Of a stretch of 11,044 nucleotides of DNA, positions 1 to 7,043 are shown one piece after another. The notes beneath the pieces are model-generated. The model had not been told where the DNA came from. It did no database searches and worked only from the letters and a program-made list of their open reading frames with translations. Position 1 is the stretch's first letter. Every line of letters begins with the position of its first letter. The position numbers were made by a program, and so were the translations under genes. The stretch is from an uncultured Micavibrio sp. (GTDB taxonomy: Bacteria; Pseudomonadota; Alphaproteobacteria; Micavibrionales; Micavibrionaceae), in NCBI GenBank assembly GCA_964352115.1, contig CAYGQP010000029.1, forward strand, positions 1 to 11,044. The letters run 5' to 3'.

Positions 1-228
1 ATTTTACATAACTCTATGTCTCTTCTAGGGATAGAGACAACAAAAGATATTTCTGTGAAACCTCTACCCGATCATGAAAACGAGCAGATTGAAACTTTGC
101 TAAATGAGCGCCAGCAAGCACGCGCAAACAAAGATTTCGCGAAATCGGATGAACTTCGTGATCAGCTTGCTGCGCAGGGTATTGAGGTAGAAGACACACC
201 GGACGGCCAGAAATGGCGGAAATTATAA
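1..228 (+). CDS. cysS: Cysteine--tRNA ligase (CysRS), C-terminal fragment; the CDS starts upstream of the window and its stop is at 226-228
   Basis: Frame 1 is open from base 1. The tail ...NERQQARANKDFAKSDELRDQLAAQGIEVEDTPDGQKWRKL matches the conserved CysRS C-terminus (KDFAxADxxRDxLxxxGIxLEDxPxGTTWRR). Confidence 0.75.
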   Translation: MLHNSMSLLGIETTKDISVKPLPDHENEQIETLLNERQQARANKDFAKSDELRDQLAAQGIEVEDTPDGQKWRKL

Positions 229-930
229 TTATCGCGCGATCAGGACACGATAGAAAACATTGGCATCCGAAGCGACATCATATGAACATCCTGCTTTTTT
301 CCCTCTTAGGCTTGCGTCAGTTTCACCAATAAGAAGCGAGGCGTTATAGCCATAGCTTCCTGTAAATTTAGTTACTCCAAATTCATCATCAGCCGGAATG
401 GCTGTACTTTGAATATTTGTATTCTTATTGAGCTCTTCGCAAACTGTATCGGAAAGGTTTTGAACCGTGATCATCAGTTCGGTCGACGTGTTGTTCGTGT
501 TGTTCGTGCCAATATTTTGAATTCGCGTATCAGCGGTTATCAGCCATTCAATCTTCCCGTTAAAACTTGAATCTTTGGCATCTTGGGGAGGGGGGCGCCA
601 ATTTACGCCTCCCCCATCAGGGTGAAATATGTGACACATAAAATTCGCAGGCGCGTTGCCATTTGTATACCCAATGTTTTGTGGATCTTCAAAGCTGATT
701 TGCGTTTCCGTGCAGCCCCTGAGCCTGAGCTGGGCTACAGCCGTTGCAACACTCTCTGAATACTCGACAATGTCAGATGCAAAAAGCTTGGCGCGGTCCT
801 TGCCCACTTTAACAGAAGACCCGCGGTTACCCTGTGAAACGGCAAACGTAAGCGCGGCCAGAAGGGCGATGGCAATCAGAATGATGAAAATTACATTGCC
901 AGATTCATGTGCGGACGAAGAACGTGTCAT
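229..930 (-). CDS. Hypothetical signal-anchored exported protein (233 aa). The N-terminus (HESGNVIFIILIAIALLAALTFAV) resembles TadE/TadG-like pseudopilin N-domains. It has an Asn/Thr-rich central region and 4 Cys.
   Basis: Long ORF with ATG at 928-930. It has a single N-terminal TM helix after a short polar N-tail, and the rest is predicted periplasmic/extracellular. It contains an in-frame 9-bp tandem repeat encoding TNNTNNT. It is the second gene of a minus-strand pair, 13 nt downstream of ORF 944-1351. Confidence 0.6.
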   Translation of the reverse strand: MTRSSSAHESGNVIFIILIAIALLAALTFAVSQGNRGSSVKVGKDRAKLFASDIVEYSESVATAVAQLRLRGCTETQISFEDPQNIGYTNGNAPANFMCHIFHPDGGGVNWRPPPQDAKDSSFNGKIEWLITADTRIQNIGTNNTNNTSTELMITVQNLSDTVCEELNKNTNIQSTAIPADDEFGVTKFTGSYGYNASLLIGETDASLRGKKAGCSYDVASDANVFYRVLIAR

Positions 931-943
931 ATATTAAGCGCTA

Positions 944-1351
944 TCATGGGCCAGAAAATCCTGCCAGATATTTTTGAAAGTCTTTTTCATTTGATTTGGG
1001 AATATGAACGGGCAGAACTTTATGTCCATGCGCGGCTAAAGTCAGAAAAACATCACGGCCACTGCCGATTTCAACGTGATCTTGTAATCCAATGCCTAAA
1101 ATCGGCATCTCAATCGGCGCGCCACTGGCCAGCTTTTTTTCCACGGCTTCGCGTTTTGGTTGCTCGCGTCTTGATAGCTCATCAGGTTTTTTGATGCCGC
1201 CATCTTCATCCAGCCATTCAAAACTAAACACGGATTCGCGCCAGCTTTTTAGAATACGCGCAACATCAACGCGGACCTCAATGAAGGAGGACGTTGTGCT
1301 TTGTGCGGCGGCATTTTTAATGAACTCAGGCTGAAGTGTTTCTTGTGTCAT
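944..1351 (-). CDS. Hypothetical cytoplasmic protein (135 aa). The C-terminal half (PIEMPILGIGLQDHVEIGSGRDVFLTLAAHGHKVLPVHI) weakly resembles the ParB/sulfiredoxin-fold core (EIxxGxxRxxAAxxxGxxxIPxxV).
   Basis: Intact ORF with no TM segment, preceded by an AT-rich promoter-like region (1352-1464). It is followed 13 nt later by the 229-930 gene. The function assignment is only motif-level inference. Confidence 0.5.
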   Translation of the reverse strand: MTQETLQPEFIKNAAAQSTTSSFIEVRVDVARILKSWRESVFSFEWLDEDGGIKKPDELSRREQPKREAVEKKLASGAPIEMPILGIGLQDHVEIGSGRDVFLTLAAHGHKVLPVHIPKSNEKDFQKYLAGFSGP

Positions 1352-1464
1352 TTTTATGTTCTTTATCTATGCATCAATGCGAAAATTCTTTATATTCTTG
1401 TTTATACTGCATAATGTGTAAAAAAACTCTAAACATTCACCTTAAAATAAAGTGACTTTTTGAT

Positions 1465-1629
1465 ATGCCAGCAAACGCCCCGGAAAAAATTAAAATAGCC
1501 ACTGATGCCGACGAGGTTTCATGCGATGGGGGCGGTGGGCCGCTGGGGCATCCAAAAGTATGGTACAGCTTCGATCAACAGGATCAGGTTGAATGCGGCT
1601 ATTGTGATCGTCTTTTTGTGAAGAAATAG
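1465..1629 (+). CDS. Small zinc-ribbon protein of the zf-CHCC type (NDUFS6-like), 54 aa; this ORF is absent from the supplied ORF track
   Basis: ATG at 1465 and TAG at 1627-1629. Translation is MPANAPEKIKIATDADEVSCDGGGGPLGHPKVWYSFDQQDQVECGYCDRLFVKK. The C-x(6)-H...C-x2-C arrangement and the GGGGPLGHP(K/R)V(W/Y) motif are typical of the conserved small alphaproteobacterial zf-CHCC proteins. Confidence 0.7.
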   Translation: MPANAPEKIKIATDADEVSCDGGGGPLGHPKVWYSFDQQDQVECGYCDRLFVKK

Positions 1630-1636
1630 TGCAATA

Positions 1637-1666
1637 TTGAATTTCCTGCACATAACGCTATATAAT
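1637..1666 (+). promoter_or_regulatory. Putative sigma70-type promoter for hsp20: -35 TTGAAT (1637-1642), 18-nt spacer, -10 TATAAT (1661-1666)
   Basis: Perfect -10 hexamer and a 4/6 -35. It lies about 60 nt upstream of the hsp20 ATG. A sigma32-type promoter cannot be excluded. Confidence 0.4.
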
Positions 1667-1672
1667 GAGATA

Positions 1673-1722
1673 AGGCGCTAAATTTTAGGCCTAAATACTC
1701 TAAACTCGCTCATAAAGAGGAG
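1673..1722 (+). ncRNA. Candidate ROSE-like RNA thermometer in the hsp20 5'UTR. Hairpin 1 is 1673-1692. Hairpin 2 pairs CUCGCUC (1705-1711) with the SD GAGGAG (1717-1722), with a bulged G in a UCGCU motif.
   Basis: Both base pairings were checked by hand in the sequence. The UYGCU anti-SD with a bulged G opposite the SD is the hallmark of ROSE elements, which sit upstream of alphaproteobacterial small heat-shock genes. Confidence 0.35.
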
Positions 1723-1728
1723 AACGAC

Positions 1729-2202
1729 ATGTCTTCAGGACGATTAACTCTGTTTGATTCACCCTTGTTTTTAGGGTTTGAACAATTCGAAGAAACTGTA
1801 GATCGCATGCGCAAGGCCGCCGGCGGTGGATACCCCCCATACAATATTGAGCAAATTGGCGAAAATGGCCTGTGCATTACGCTGGCCGTCGCTGGATTTA
1901 CGATGGACGATCTGGATGTTGAGGTCGAGCACAGCCAACTCACCATTCGCGGGAAGCAGACCGACGAAGAAACGCCAGAGCGCATTTTTCTGCACCGCGG
2001 TATCGCCACGCGTCAATTCGTGCGAAGTTTTGTGTTGGCCGATGGTATAGAGGTCAGGGGCGCGAGGCTGGACAGCGGATTGCTGCATATTGATCTGGAA
2101 AAGGTTATCCCCGAATCAACAGTACAAAAAATAACCATAAATGGTGCCGAAGATACTCTGGAAACGGCGCAGGTGCTGAAAGTCGACCGGGAGAAAAGCT
2201 AA
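1729..2202 (+). CDS. ibpA: Small heat-shock protein, Hsp20/alpha-crystallin family (IbpA-like), 157 aa
   Basis: Strong SD AAGAGGAG 6 nt before the ATG. GGYPPYNIE...LAVAGF...LxIxG...GLLHIDLEKVIPE aligns closely with IbpA/Hsp20. Confidence 0.9.
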   Translation: MSSGRLTLFDSPLFLGFEQFEETVDRMRKAAGGGYPPYNIEQIGENGLCITLAVAGFTMDDLDVEVEHSQLTIRGKQTDEETPERIFLHRGIATRQFVRSFVLADGIEVRGARLDSGLLHIDLEKVIPESTVQKITINGAEDTLETAQVLKVDREKS

Positions 2203-2302
2203 CGTTACGATCGGCCTTGCGAGCGTTTTCACGCATATCAGATTTTTTTAATGTTAGAGAAACAAAAAAAAGATATACTGAAGGAATACGAGGAGGGTAA
2301 AA

Positions 2303-2530
2303 ATGGAAAAAAATCAGGATTCCCATCGGGGATTAAGAGATCTTTCATCACAGGATTTTCTCAATTTCGGCATACAGGAAATCGCATATATTCGTGAAAT
2401 CACCGTGGATAATAAGGATGCCTTTGTCATTCATGCGGCCGATGGCACGGCCTTGAGCGTCATGGAAACATATGACGATGCCAGATCAGCGGCACTTCAC
2501 AACGATCTTGAGCCTATTTCAATTCAATAG
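2303..2530 (+). CDS. DUF1150-family small protein (75 aa), the usual downstream partner of hsp20 in Alphaproteobacteria
   Basis: SD GAGGAGGG before the ATG. IAYIREITVDNKDAFVIHAADGTALSV...HNDLEPISIQ matches the DUF1150 pattern (AYIKEI..DG...AIHAADGTPL.....HDLEPVSVH). Confidence 0.8.
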   Translation: MEKNQDSHRGLRDLSSQDFLNFGIQEIAYIREITVDNKDAFVIHAADGTALSVMETYDDARSAALHNDLEPISIQ

Positions 2531-2565
2531 TATTTGATGAATGAAGATGAGGCAGATCGGCATGT

Positions 2566-3042
2566 TTAAGCTGCGGCTGTCATTCTTTCCATTTGCGGTG
2601 AGAAATATGAGCGAATCATATCGATATCGTTTGTCCCGCGAAGCTTCGCAACAAATTCACGATCCTTCATGCGCCTTGTTAATCTGGACAGGCGCTGTAA
2701 ATGCAAGACGCCGTCTTCCTTAGGCGAGAGCAGGACACAGATGAGATCAACCGGTCTGTGATCAATGGCATTAAAATCAATTGGGCACGCCAGCCGCGCA
2801 ACCGCCAAAAAAGGACGGGACAGGTAGGGCATTTTGAGGTGCGGAATAGCAACACCTTCGCCAATGCCGGAACTGGCGATATTTTCCTGCTCCATCATCC
2901 GATCCAGCAGAATGTTTGGCATGCTTGGAATATAATATGTGCAGATTTCACGGCACAATGACTGTAAAACATGTTTTTGTGAATTGGATTTCAAATCTAA
3001 TAAAACGAGATCCGCTTGAATATCTTGTGCTATATTCGTCAT
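2566..3042 (-). CDS. ptsN: PTS IIA-Ntr nitrogen regulatory protein (EIIA type 2), 158 aa
   Basis: PTS_EIIA_2 fold with the phosphorylation-site region GEGVAIPH. It sits next to hpf and rpoN. Confidence 0.85.
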   Translation of the reverse strand: MTNIAQDIQADLVLLDLKSNSQKHVLQSLCREICTYYIPSMPNILLDRMMEQENIASSGIGEGVAIPHLKMPYLSRPFLAVARLACPIDFNAIDHRPVDLICVLLSPKEDGVLHLQRLSRLTRRMKDREFVAKLRGTNDIDMIRSYFSPQMERMTAAA

Positions 3043-3213
3043 ATTTTATTCATCCCCATTGATTAACTAAAACACACTGTTGATACTGTTTACACGTATA
3101 ATCAAAAAAATGCTAGAAAAAATATATAATTTTTCATTTTATTTTTAAAATAATAACAGGCCCTGTCAGTAAGGCTTTTCAGCCCTTATTTTTCATAGAA
3201 TATGATTTTCTTG

Positions 3214-3241
3214 CATAAATTATTCGTCATAAATTATTCGT
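3214..3241. repeat. Perfect tandem direct repeat, 2 x 14 bp (CATAAATTATTCGT), in the AT-rich region upstream of ptsN
   Basis: Read directly: 3214-3227 and 3228-3241 are identical. It lies about 170-200 nt upstream of the ptsN start on the minus strand. Confidence 0.6.
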
Positions 3242-3271
3242 TTCTATAACAGTTTTTATGCCCATCAAAAA

Positions 3272-3306
3272 AGAGGCTGAATTTACGAACCTCAGCCTCT
3301 TTTTAA
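3272..3306. terminator. Rho-independent terminator downstream of hpf and potentially bidirectional: 9-bp stem AGAGGCTGA/TCAGCCTCT, 10-11 nt loop, A-run 5' and T-run 3'
   Basis: Perfect inverted repeat at 3272-3280 and 3292-3300. On the minus strand it is followed by TTTTTTGATG immediately after the hpf stop (3331). On the plus strand it is followed by TTTTAATAA. Confidence 0.7.
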
Positions 3307-3330
3307 TAATGTTAGAAAGTTATAATGAAT

Positions 3331-3945
3331 TTAGGCTTGGCCCTTTTCATTTCGGGGATCAATCCAGCCGATATTTCCATCTTTGCGTTTATAAACGACA
3401 TTTATTCCATTATTTGATCCGTTGCGGAACATTAAAACCGGCTCATCAGACAGGTCCAAACGCATGACAGCATCTGCCACGGCCATGGTTTCAATATCAG
3501 ATGACATTTCCGCAATAACCAACGGGTCTGTGCCGGCCTCTGCGCTATCTTCTTCGTCATCGTTAATACTTTCAGGCATGGCCTGAATCACATAATTCAT
3601 CGCCTTGGCATTTTCGCTCTCGGGTGTTTGCTCCTGATGCTCATGATGATCACGCAGACGACGCTTGTAACGCCGAAGCTGTTTTGCCGCCTTTTCTGAT
3701 GCGGCATCAAACGCGGCATATGGCTCTGGGTCTGTTGAGGCAGCCACGCGCATAATGTTTTTGCCAAGCTTGATCGAAATGTGCGCCTTTGTTCGCGCGT
3801 GCCCGTGACCCTCCTTCGAAAAAGTGACTGTAGCAAAGGTTGTATGGTTAAAATATTTGCTATTGAGGTCTTCTATTTTTGCTTCGACGTGCGTGCGAAG
3901 GGCATCACCGACATCAATTTGCTTTCCGTGAACGGCTAGTTCCAT
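3331..3945 (-). CDS. hpf: Ribosome hibernation promoting factor / sigma-54 modulation protein, long form (204 aa)
   Basis: N-terminal YfiA/RaiA fold (MELAVHGKQIDVGDALRTHVEAKIEDL...). Long C-terminal dimerisation domain (...PVLMFRN...INVVYKRKDGNIGWI). SD AGGA before the ATG. It is immediately downstream of rpoN. Confidence 0.9.
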   Translation of the reverse strand: MELAVHGKQIDVGDALRTHVEAKIEDLNSKYFNHTTFATVTFSKEGHGHARTKAHISIKLGKNIMRVAASTDPEPYAAFDAASEKAAKQLRRYKRRLRDHHEHQEQTPESENAKAMNYVIQAMPESINDDEEDSAEAGTDPLVIAEMSSDIETMAVADAVMRLDLSDEPVLMFRNGSNNGINVVYKRKDGNIGWIDPRNEKGQA

Positions 3946-4070
3946 GGTTTTATCCTATGTTAAATATTATTTGAATGTATATACAAGTATATCATATTCG
4001 CAAATAAAGGCCAGAAAATGACGCTTTTTTCGGAAATATGAAATATTTAGGGGCAAATAGAGCAAAGGCC

Positions 4071-5543
4071 TCAGCGGGAAAGGTTTTTCTTCTGCTTCCT
4101 TCGCTGAACACTTGAACCAATATGCATGGCTTCACGGTATTTGGCGACGGTGCGCCGGGCCAGATCAATGCCCTCTGCTTTTAACAGCTCAACAATTTTA
4201 TCATCCGAATGCACTTTTTTAGGATTCTCGTCATCAATTAGGCTCTTGATCCGCGCTTTGATCGCTTCTGATGAGTGCGAAATACCGCTTGAACTCTCAA
4301 TTGCTGTAGAGAAGAAAAATTTCAGCTCAAAAATTCCGCGCGGCGTGCCGATGTACTTGTTGGTCGTGACGCGGCTGACCGTGCTTTCGTGCATTTCAAT
4401 GACTTCGGCGATGTCCTTCAGCGTCAGGGGACGTAAAAATTCAATGCCATAGTTAAAAAACGCCTCTTGTTGCTCAACAATCTCGCCCGCCACCTTAATG
4501 ATGGTCTGTGCCCGTTGATCAAGGGCTTTCACCAGCCAACTCGCCGAAGCCATCTGGTTGGTCAGATACTCCTTGTCCTTCTTTTGCGTCGCTTTGCTTG
4601 CCACCTCCGTATAGTATTCATTATTGATCAAAACGCGCGGCAATGTCTCGGCGTTGAGTTCTACGCGCCATCCTCCGCCGAGATTTTTGGGCAATTTCTT
4701 CATCAAAACGTCGGGAATGGCCGTTTGCACAACCAAATGATCGAATTCTCCTGCAGGTTTAGGGTTTAATTCGCGAATTTCGGCGATCATGTCCTGAAGA
4801 TAGGTCTCGTTGACCTCACAAATCTGACAGAGCTTTTTGAAATCATGATCCCCAAGCAAATCGAGGTGATCCAGAAGTTTTTGCATTGGACCATCAAGTG
4901 TATTTTTTTCCTCAAGCTGTAAAGCCAGACATTCCGCAAGACCAGAGGCAAAAACACCGGTGGGGTCGAAGCCCTTCATTTTGTGCAAAAGCTTCTCAAT
5001 TCGTTCAGGGGAGCAGGAAAGCTGTTCGGCGAGATCATCTTGCGAAATGCGCAAATATCCGGCTTCGTCCAGTTGATCAATCAACAGGCCGCCAATCATA
5101 CGATCGCGTGGATCATCAAAGGCCACGAATAATTGCTCATTCAGATGCTCACGCAGTGTTTCGGGTTTGCTCATGCGGTTTTCGAAAGACATCTCCGCAT
5201 CTTCAAACTTCAAATTCCCGCCACTGCCCATGTCGGCCATCGATGATCCGGCGTCAAAATCCTGTTGGGGTGAGCGTTCGGGGACATCGGCCTCGTTCCC
5301 TGTCCAGCTGTCGTCAAATTCGGCCTGAACTTCATCTTTGGTTTCGGCGCTTTCTGAGGGCTCGCCCTGGTCGTTATCGGCTTCGGCCTTTTCCAGCAGG
5401 GGGTTTTTCTCCAGCTCCTCTTCCACCATCTCGGTCAGCTCCATGTTATTGAGCTGCAACATCTTGATCGCCTGCTGCAATTGCGGCGTCATGACGAGTT
5501 GTTGAGATTGTCTGAGGTCTAAACTCTGGGTGGGTTTATTCAT
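4071..5543 (-). CDS. rpoN: RNA polymerase sigma-54 factor RpoN (490 aa)
   Basis: N-terminal region I (LRQSQQLVMTPQLQQAIKMLQL). Acidic region II. C-terminal HTH and RpoN box (ARRTVAKYREAMHIGSS). Confidence 0.95.
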   Translation of the reverse strand: MNKPTQSLDLRQSQQLVMTPQLQQAIKMLQLNNMELTEMVEEELEKNPLLEKAEADNDQGEPSESAETKDEVQAEFDDSWTGNEADVPERSPQQDFDAGSSMADMGSGGNLKFEDAEMSFENRMSKPETLREHLNEQLFVAFDDPRDRMIGGLLIDQLDEAGYLRISQDDLAEQLSCSPERIEKLLHKMKGFDPTGVFASGLAECLALQLEEKNTLDGPMQKLLDHLDLLGDHDFKKLCQICEVNETYLQDMIAEIRELNPKPAGEFDHLVVQTAIPDVLMKKLPKNLGGGWRVELNAETLPRVLINNEYYTEVASKATQKKDKEYLTNQMASASWLVKALDQRAQTIIKVAGEIVEQQEAFFNYGIEFLRPLTLKDIAEVIEMHESTVSRVTTNKYIGTPRGIFELKFFFSTAIESSSGISHSSEAIKARIKSLIDDENPKKVHSDDKIVELLKAEGIDLARRTVAKYREAMHIGSSVQRRKQKKNLSR

Positions 5544-5634
5544 CCCTCAAGTTTAGCATGGACTGCACATATTGGAAGTAGCTTTTGCTAGCCACCAGAT
5601 CATGTGATTTGTTACTTGTGGCATTGAACCATCT

Positions 5635-7014
5635 TTACGATTGCGTTTTGCGGCGTGCAGTAGCGTTCGGCGGTGGATCAGGCAAATCTGTATTGGCTTC
5701 TGGTCCTTTTTCGCCGGTGCTTTGCGCAACCCCCACTCTTTTCAGAAGCTTCTGCCCTTGTTCTGATTGGGCCAACCCCTCAAGCATCGCACTGATATTT
5801 GTGCCGCCCTTGGAGGTAAACAGATCCATAACATTATACATGCCATCAACCGGCTGACCTGTGTTGGCGATGATTTTTACATCGGCAGCGGTCAGAGCTT
5901 TAGCTTGTTCTACGCCGACATTCTCGTTCGCAGCAACGGCTTCAATAGCAACAAGGTAGTTCTGATACCCCTCATTTTGTCCAATTTCCTTGGCCAAAAC
6001 AATTTGCGCCTCTACAGGGGCAAGCTGCATAAGCTTTTCTGCTTCTGCGCGCGCCGCGCCTTCAATAGCGATCCCTTCGGAGTCCTTTTTCGTTTCTTCA
6101 AGCTTACCTTCGGCGACAATAATGGTTGTTTGTCTTTGCTCATCGGCCTTAACAATGTTTGCTTCACGTGTAATGTCGGCCTGGCGAACCTGTTGAACCT
6201 GAATAACAGCCATTTCTTTTTCTTTGGTAATTCTTTGTTGTTCTTTAATATCCTGAAATGCACGTTCATCGGCGATACCAACAGCCTTTACTTTATCGGC
6301 TGTGGTTTCCCCAACGACTTGCTGTGCGCGCTGATCCTGAACATCAGTTTCTCGCTTGGCTTCAATTTCCGCGATTTCTGCGCGTTTCATGTTCTCAGCA
6401 ACTTCCATTCTGGATTCCATCTCAATGAGGGATTTTTTCTTCTCCATAATATTGTGAACGACACGATTATCCTGTGCATCACGAATGTCCATGAGCTCAA
6501 TATTTTTAACTGGCACAACGCCCCAGCTTTTCAACTGATCTTGGACCGCCAGAGTGAACTGCTCGCCGTAAATGCTTCGCTCCAGCATGATACGGTCGAT
6601 GTCGTGCGAGGCAAGGATGGTTCTAACCGCGCCCTGTATGATCGCCAAAAGCTGGCTTTGAAGTTCATCAAAGCTTTCCACGCGCTGCGCGGCCATGTTG
6701 CTGTCGGCAATACGGAAGAACGCGACAATATCAACAACAAACGGAACGCGGCCAACATCATAGGCTTCATAGGCTTCCAAGCGAATATCAAAAACCGATA
6801 CAGGCATGACAATCCGCGTTACCCCAATTACGGGCACCCAGTGTGGCCAGTCATAATAGGTGTTTCCGTTTGGGGTATCCTTACCGTAAGATTTGGTGTC
6901 TTTAGCAGACTGAACAATGTGCACCTCGTTCGTCTCCACAACGCGCCTTAAAAATAGCGCAATGATAAACAGCGCGGTTAAAAAACAAACAGCGGATAGG
7001 ATGATTAATTCCAT
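5635..7014 (-). CDS. Flotillin-like SPFH/Band-7 protein (YqiK/FloT-like), about 459 aa from ATG 7012-7014. The ORF-track start at 7038 adds 8 aa but lacks an SD.
   Basis: N-terminal TM helix (LIILSAVCFLTALFIIALFL), then an SPFH domain, then a long Glu/Ala/Lys/Gln-rich coiled-coil region. A good SD (GGAGA) sits 5 nt upstream of the ATG at 7014. Confidence 0.85.
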   Translation of the reverse strand: MELIILSAVCFLTALFIIALFLRRVVETNEVHIVQSAKDTKSYGKDTPNGNTYYDWPHWVPVIGVTRIVMPVSVFDIRLEAYEAYDVGRVPFVVDIVAFFRIADSNMAAQRVESFDELQSQLLAIIQGAVRTILASHDIDRIMLERSIYGEQFTLAVQDQLKSWGVVPVKNIELMDIRDAQDNRVVHNIMEKKKSLIEMESRMEVAENMKRAEIAEIEAKRETDVQDQRAQQVVGETTADKVKAVGIADERAFQDIKEQQRITKEKEMAVIQVQQVRQADITREANIVKADEQRQTTIIVAEGKLEETKKDSEGIAIEGAARAEAEKLMQLAPVEAQIVLAKEIGQNEGYQNYLVAIEAVAANENVGVEQAKALTAADVKIIANTGQPVDGMYNVMDLFTSKGGTNISAMLEGLAQSEQGQKLLKRVGVAQSTGEKGPEANTDLPDPPPNATARRKTQS

Positions 7015-7043
7015 CGGTTTCTCCAAAAAAAGAGACATCGGTC

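Noticed and set aside
14-199. 61-aa minus-strand ORF, and ORFs 656-937 and 907-1194 (+)
   Set aside because: They are antisense to cysS and to the two hypothetical minus-strand genes respectively. No supporting signals.
1710-2088. Minus-strand ORFs 1710-2009 and 1771-2088, and plus-strand ORF 1826-2050
   Set aside because: They overlap the well-supported hsp20 CDS in other frames or on the other strand. They have no SD and no homology.
2636-2647. Perfect palindrome GCGAAGCTTCGC
   Set aside because: It lies inside the ptsN coding sequence (encodes EASQ region). It is most likely coincidental or a restriction-site-like palindrome, with no regulatory context.
2541-2961. Plus-strand ORFs 2541-2723 and 2701-2961, and minus-strand ORF 2679-2864
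   Set aside because: They overlap ptsN, as antisense or an alternate frame. They are spurious.
3160-3200. Weak hairpin (TAAGG-CT/AG-CCTTA with one bulge) followed by TTTTT on the plus strand
   Set aside because: It is an imperfect stem, and no plus-strand gene ends upstream of it. It was not called as a terminator.
3258-3836. ORF 3258-3467 (+) and ORF 3597-3836 (-)
   Set aside because: The first spans the hpf terminator and is antisense to hpf. The second is an alternate frame within hpf.
4886-5452. 188-aa plus-strand ORF and neighbouring ORFs 4126-4452 and 4467-4769
   Set aside because: They are antisense to rpoN, Arg/Pro/Ser-rich, with no homology signal. They are spurious.
6012-6281. 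89-aa highly basic (K/R-rich) minus-strand ORF, plus 6531-6812 and 5990-6196
   Set aside because: These are alternative frames inside the flotillin gene, and the composition reflects the GAA/AAG-rich coding strand. They are not independent genes.
5767-6951. 394-aa plus-strand ORF
   Set aside because: It is entirely antisense to the flotillin CDS. The Leu/Phe/Asn-rich low-complexity translation mirrors the E/K/A-rich coiled coil. It has no SD and no recognisable domain. It is an artefact of an open antisense frame.
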